Source: Malacoraja senta (lineage: Eukaryota). From it: a DNA stretch of 22,589 nucleotides. The notes beneath the pieces were generated by a model. The model ran no database searches and was not told the origin of the DNA. It was given only the letters and a program-made list of their open reading frames with translations. This document shows positions 17,680-22,589 of this stretch, in pieces (within the stretch, counting starts at the first letter, position 1; the number at the start of each line of letters is the position of its first letter). A program made the translations under genes and the position numbers. Where the stretch lies: the NCBI GenBank assembly GCA_038087875.1, contig JAXLNO010000550.1, positions 62,001 through 84,589 on the forward strand. Direction: 5' to 3'.

Positions 17680-18370
17680 GTCTTTTACATTGGTGAGTTG
17701 GTGAGTGATTATAGTGATCGACCCCTGCCAATAACTCTTCAACGCATCCAGTCAGGAAGTGAGACAATCCCAGGGACATAGAAAACGTTTGGAATCAGAG
17801 GTCCAGGTTCCTTGTTTCCACCCTTACCAAGTGTCATGTATCAAGTAGACAACAGGGCAAGTCCATTCATAATGCAACACATTGCAGGGCAAGTGTAACA
17901 ATAAACCATCACTGTTTAATGGGCAGACAGTAGCTGAGAGGAAGATGAGCAGTAGGTGGAATTCCACATAATTGGATGTGCTAAGTATGGGCAGTATCAC
18001 TGGGCATATCTTCAACCGCCCCTTACATAGTCAAACAGGATCCGGTTCAATGTGGCAAAAATGCGCATCTTGCTATTTGGTTGATAGTTACCTTACATAA
18101 AGAGCTGGATTCTGCATCCATTCTGTTTAAAGAAAAAAATGGACAGACATATACTGTAATATACCATGACCTGCATAGAATTACATAGAAATAGGATGAA
18201 GGAAATCGCAGATCCATCCAGAGGGGGTTTTATTCAACATGAACCCCTTCTAGCCCAGGTCATCTTACTGCATGAATATATATTCTTTCTTCTCCTTGCC
18301 TTTATCTAATTTCTATGCTATCTTGATTAGTACAGGTGTACTATTCGTACTATTAGTACCATAAGTACTA

Positions 18371-18518
18371 TTCTTGATTAGTACAGGCATCAGAGGTTAT
18401 GGGGAGAAGGCAGGAGAATGGGGGTTAGGAGGGAGAGATAGATCAGCCACAAATGAATGGCAGAGTAGACTTGATGGGCCAAATGGCCTAATTCTATTTC
18501 TTATGACCTTATGATCTA
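18371..18518 (+). mobile_element. CR1 extreme 3' fragment
   Basis: TTCTTGATTAG..GGTTATGGGGAGAAGGCAGGAGAATGG..GGGCCAAATGGCCTAATTCT..(CTTATGA)n. Confidence 0.85.
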
Positions 18519-18761
18519 TGCCTTTCACTTCAAAGGTTCCATACAGTAAAGATGTTTCTCATGACTTCCATATTTGATTAATTGGCAACTATCATTTTTA
18601 GTTATGTTCCTTTTTTTTCTCACCTACTAGAGCATGCACCTTATTTATTTCCACATATCGAGTTCCTTCCTAATCGTAAACATTTTTCTCAGGTCATCCC
18701 TCGACCTTTTCTATCCTGTGGAAAAGGCCCCAGCATGATAGTTATAACCTGATCCTTAATT

Positions 18762-18940
18762 TCAAGTCAAGAGCATTTAATTGTCATATGTACAGAAAAT
18801 ACACTTTGTACTTGCAGCTGAATAATATGTCTGTAAACACAGGACACATGGATGACACAATAAACAAAGAAAAATCAATATTAAAAACCCCCCAATATTA
18901 CTGTAAAACAAAAGCCCAAAGTCCCTAGTGTAACAAGCCA
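18762..18940 (-). mobile_element. Rex-type 3' tail remnant
   Basis: TCAAGTCAAGAGCATTTAATTGTCAT is the reverse complement of an ATGACAATTAAA..(CTTGA)n tail like 3200-3239. Confidence 0.55.
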
Positions 18941-18961
18941 GTTAGTTGTTATTAATGGTAA

Positions 18962-19382
18962 CTAGACCAAATGGGACCCGTTGGGTCCCTGTCATACGGG
19001 AGGCCTGGTCCCCAACGCAACCCGTTCCCCAAGGCAATATTCTCTCTCTCTTTTTTTTTTCATAGTGCAGCATATTTACTTGAGCTTTTTCCATTATTAC
19101 AAATAATCCTTCTATACCACGAGCTGACCAAAATATATATATTATCTCTCTCTCCCTCTCCCTCTCCCTCTCCCTCTCCCTCTCCCTCTCCCTCTCCCTC
19201 TCCCTCTCCCTCTCCCTCTCCCTCTCCCTCTCCCTCTCCCTCTCCCCTCTCCCTCTCCCTCTCCCTCTCCCTCTCCCTCTCTCCCTCTCTCCCTCTCTCC
19301 CTCTCTCCCTCTCTCCCTCTCTCCCTCTCTCTCCCCCTCCCCCTCCCCCCCTGACACTCTGGTCTGTGAGATTCCATTGTGA
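18962..19382 (-). mobile_element. Putative non-autonomous Helitron (clear 3' end, uncertain 5' end)
   Basis: The minus strand ends GGGACCC-AAC-GGGTCCC (hairpin), ATTTGGT, CTAG|T. Confidence 0.55.
19145..19351. repeat. (CCCTCT)n polypyrimidine/polypurine tract
   Basis: About 200 nt made only of C/T with a hexamer period that decays at the 3' end. Confidence 0.97.
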
Positions 19383-19947
19383 TGTCATCGCTGTAACTTC
19401 CTCAAGTAGGTTTTTCCATCCTTCAAAATAGATTCTGATATGATCGGGAATCTGATTACTTCATTACTCCACACTTTAGATGAAGATGCTGCCTCAGTGC
19501 CCTGACCCTCCTGCCACATGAGGTAGTCCAGGAATGGAAATCAGGCTTCAGGTGACAGGTCCAAGGGCCCACCCTCAGACTACTGTCAAAGTTATTGAAT
19601 TACAGTTTGAAAGGATTAAATAAGACAGAGAATAAAATTACTAATATTAAATGTATATAAAATATTAAAACAGTTAAACCTGATAAACTAAAGTTGCTTA
19701 AAAACATTTAACCCATATAAACTAAATTGAACACCCTCACATACAGTCAAATGTGAAAGACAAAAAAACAACTCACACATACTTTTCCAATTCAGGTTGA
19801 ACCTATTTTTATGAACGGGACTATGGCTTGGGTATCTTGGCTGGGGTATAGTGGAGAAGCCAGATAAGAAGAGTCTCCAGTTACTCATCTCAGCATGACC
19901 AAACTCACCGCTGGACAGAGATCAGCAGCAGCAACAATTTGAAATCT

Positions 19948-20088
19948 TAGACACAAAATGGTGGAGTAACTCAGAGGGTCAGGCAGCATCTCTGGAGAAA
20001 AGGAATAGGTGATGTTTCGGGTCGAGACCCTTCTTCAGATTGGGTCTATCTTCGGTGTAAACCAGCATCTGCAATTCCTTTCTGCACA
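19948..20088 (-). mobile_element. Penelope pseudo-LTR fragment with a minimal hammerhead ribozyme motif
   Basis: GACACAAAATGGTGGAGTAACTCAGAGGGTCAGGCAGCATCTCTGGAG. The minus strand of 20011-20038 reads CTGAAGA-A-GGGTC-TC-GACCC-GAAAC-ATC. Confidence 0.8.
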
Positions 20089-21247
20089 ATTTGAATAATT
20101 AATTTTTGATATTAATTTTTTTTAATTGAAATAATCCTCATCCTTATGTCCTTAATTCACCATAAAAATCATTTACATCGATAAAACCTTGAATAATGAA
20201 CACTTGCCAAGGGCATGTGAAGGACATCTTTTGAAATTCTGCAAATGACTTTATTCTGCACCTTTATTTGCCTGTTTATTTGAGTAGATTCAACACATAC
20301 AGTAAGCATTTGAATTCCTTTTCTGAGATCCTCATCACTGAAGCTCCCAACTTTTTGAAGTTACTTCCGTAATGTTTTGGCACTCAGTGCCAGCAGCAAC
20401 ATCTCAACAGCATGAGACAAACACATCTTATTATGTAACATAACAATAAAGCAGGACACCGACTCTGTCATAATTGGATTATCGAAAATAAACCCAAATC
20501 TGAAGCAATCCCAGCATCTTTACTGGAGTAATTTTGCACAAATGGATCCTGCATAAAACTACCTCAAGGTGTAATACTGAGTTGCCCAGATAATGTACAA
20601 ATGAAATAATATATCAATGTTGCTGACAGTTTAAAGGTCGGAATCCAATCTGGTCATTATCTTTGCATTAAACATGTATATTGCTCCATTTAATTTATTC
20701 CAGGAACTGAATCATGCAGAATGAATGATCTGCATGGCAGATACTGCACAGTGTTGCTCATCTATGAATCCTCTCTTCAAAATATGAGATCATTTATAAA
20801 ATATAAAGAATATATTTGGCATTGTTGGTGATAACTGTTCCAAATGTATACATTACAGAGCTTGGAGATTTGCCTGTTGCACAGTTAATATATTAATGAG
20901 ATGTATTTTATTCCCTAAATGACAATGGCTTAAAGACTAAGTTTGAATGAACAAAATTTATTGCTAGCTTTGTGCGCAAATTTCTTGACTTCCAAAAATG
21001 AAGTGCTATAAAACAATAGTGCTGAAAGTTGATAGCTTTGCAAAAATTTGACAGAATGTTAAAATGAAATGACCACAAATTAAAGTGGAAGAATAATATG
21101 GACTTGGCAGTGCAATAATTTTACTATAAATTCAACCTTTGTTTTCAATTCCTTAGCAGTCCTCAAGAGTTAATAATTATAATAGATTTAACCAAACCTT
21201 AACTATTCATTTGCTTTTATGCATCAGCTGCATTGCAAGCAGAGTCT

Positions 21248-21478
21248 TCATGGTTCTTGTACAGGGAAAACCAAATGCAACTCTAATCGAGTTCCCAACT
21301 GAAATCGTGTATCTTTGCCAATAGTTCGTAAAATATCATGGGACAAATAACGATTCTTTTCTGCACTGTCTTTGAACATCCACTTTCCTTCAATATCTCC
21401 TCTTGCTATAATTCCCCAAATGTGTATTAAAAGCGGTTTTGCAAATTGTGGATCAACAATATGCTTTGTCAAAGTAAA
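21248..21478 (-). CDS. Possible terminal exon of an unidentified convergent gene
   Basis: Acceptor-like TTGCTTTCCTTGATATGCAG| followed by 76 open codons (FTLTKHIV..LELHLVFPVQEP*) in AT-rich, repeat-poor DNA. No homolog recognised with confidence. Confidence 0.25.
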   Translation of the reverse strand, partial: FTLTKHIVDPQFAKPLLIHIWGIIARGDIEGKWMFKDSAEKNRYLSHDILRTIGKDTRFQLGTRLELHLVFPVQEP

Positions 21479-22314
21479 CTGCATATCAAGGAAAGCAAGT
21501 TATCTGTTGACAATTGAACCATGAGCAGAATGCAGTAATCCTCCTTTAGTTTTTAAAATGATGAAATCATAGCTAACAGAATGCAATCTATCGAAAGAAC
21601 ATTGTCATTTATTTGCGGTGATTTAATTAATTAGTTATTAAGCTAAAATATAATTTTGCTATGTTGCTGAAATTATGACATCTGCCATGTTCTTCAATTC
21701 ACTTTTTTTTTAGCAATTTATTCAGTAATTATACAGTTACCATGTAAGCTGCTACATCATCAAGTTATTTGAAATTAATCAGGCTCAGCAAAAGTGAATG
21801 CAAAATGTGGAAATTTTATTGGGACCTTGCCTCATTCAGATTTCATTACTTCACAAACTCAGGTGGAAGATTTTACATCAGCTGGAAAATTAGTTGACGG
21901 GTACTGACCAAGTCTTCAGCTCTTTGTAGAATACACTTGGTGAAGTTTCATTATCAGCTACACATTTTCTAAGTAGGATTATTCTAAAAAAAAGACAATT
22001 ATAGTCTCAGAATAGATGCTGGATTTATCCAAATGCAAATACTAGAATTCCTGATGAAGCAAAATCAACCATTAGCATCCAAGATTGCTCTGAAATATCA
22101 ACAGATGGCATTAATCATTATTTCTTCTTGCAAAAATGTGTTTGTGGGAGAATTTTATTTTTTTATTTTTTTTATGTATTGGCTTTGAAGGAAATAAAGC
22201 ACAAGTTCACCAGTGACTTTGGGTTTAAAGGAAAAACATAGAGGAAAGTTTGCATTAGCTTAGTTTTGTACTGTTTGAAGAACAAAGAGGCTGGAATCTG
22301 AAACAATTTTTTAA

Positions 22315-22406
22315 AAAAACGCTGGAAGAACTCAGCAGGTCAGGCAGCATCTGTGGAGGCAACAGGTGTAAGTTGACTTTGTGGGTCAAAACCTTGCATC
22401 AGGACC
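22315..22406 (-). mobile_element. Old Penelope pseudo-LTR fragment
   Basis: GCTGGAAGAACTCAGCAGGTCAGGCAGCATCTGTGGAGG..GGGTCAAAACCTTGCATCAGGAC. Confidence 0.7.
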
Positions 22407-22589
22407 TGCATAATATTTGTCATGTTTGAAACAGATGGGCTAACAGAGAAATTTAAACTGATAAATGATTACCAAAGGTTATAATGTAAAGGCAATCCAA
22501 TAGTTTAAGGTATCAATCAACCATGACTGAACTGAATGACTTGAGGGACCCGAATGGCTTCATCCAGTTCCTAAAATTCCTAAAAGAGG

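Noticed and set aside
17824..18015. 63-aa minus-strand ORF ending near a GGTAAG donor-like site
   Set aside because: No recognisable homology, and the length is within chance expectation.
18942..19388. ER-, GE-, RG- and SP-repeat ORFs
   Set aside because: Translations of the (CCCTCT)n tract.

Overview
Repeat-rich vertebrate genomic DNA, most likely a cartilaginous fish (skate/ray; inferred from its tRNA-derived SINEs with CR1-like tails and its CR1, Penelope and Rex1/Babar elements). The only confidently recognised host coding sequence is the + strand terminal exon of alpha-T-catenin (CTNNA3, 17057-17344), followed by two AATAAA signals. The ~17 kb upstream is therefore probably its last intron. 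It holds a long CR1 with an intact but 5'-truncated ORF2, a frameshifted Penelope element, many SINEs and nested insertions. The most unusual signal is a second 123-nt copy of the CTNNA3 C-terminal coding segment 2.1 kb upstream (15051-15173). It differs mostly at synonymous sites (13 synonymous vs 4 non-synonymous by my hand count), has its own stop codon and is followed by a consensus splice donor, so it may be an alternative or poison exon under selection. Downstream are a Helitron-like 3' end, a (CCCTCT)n tract, Penelope-type hammerhead-ribozyme relics and a possible convergent exon. Repeat boundaries are approximate.
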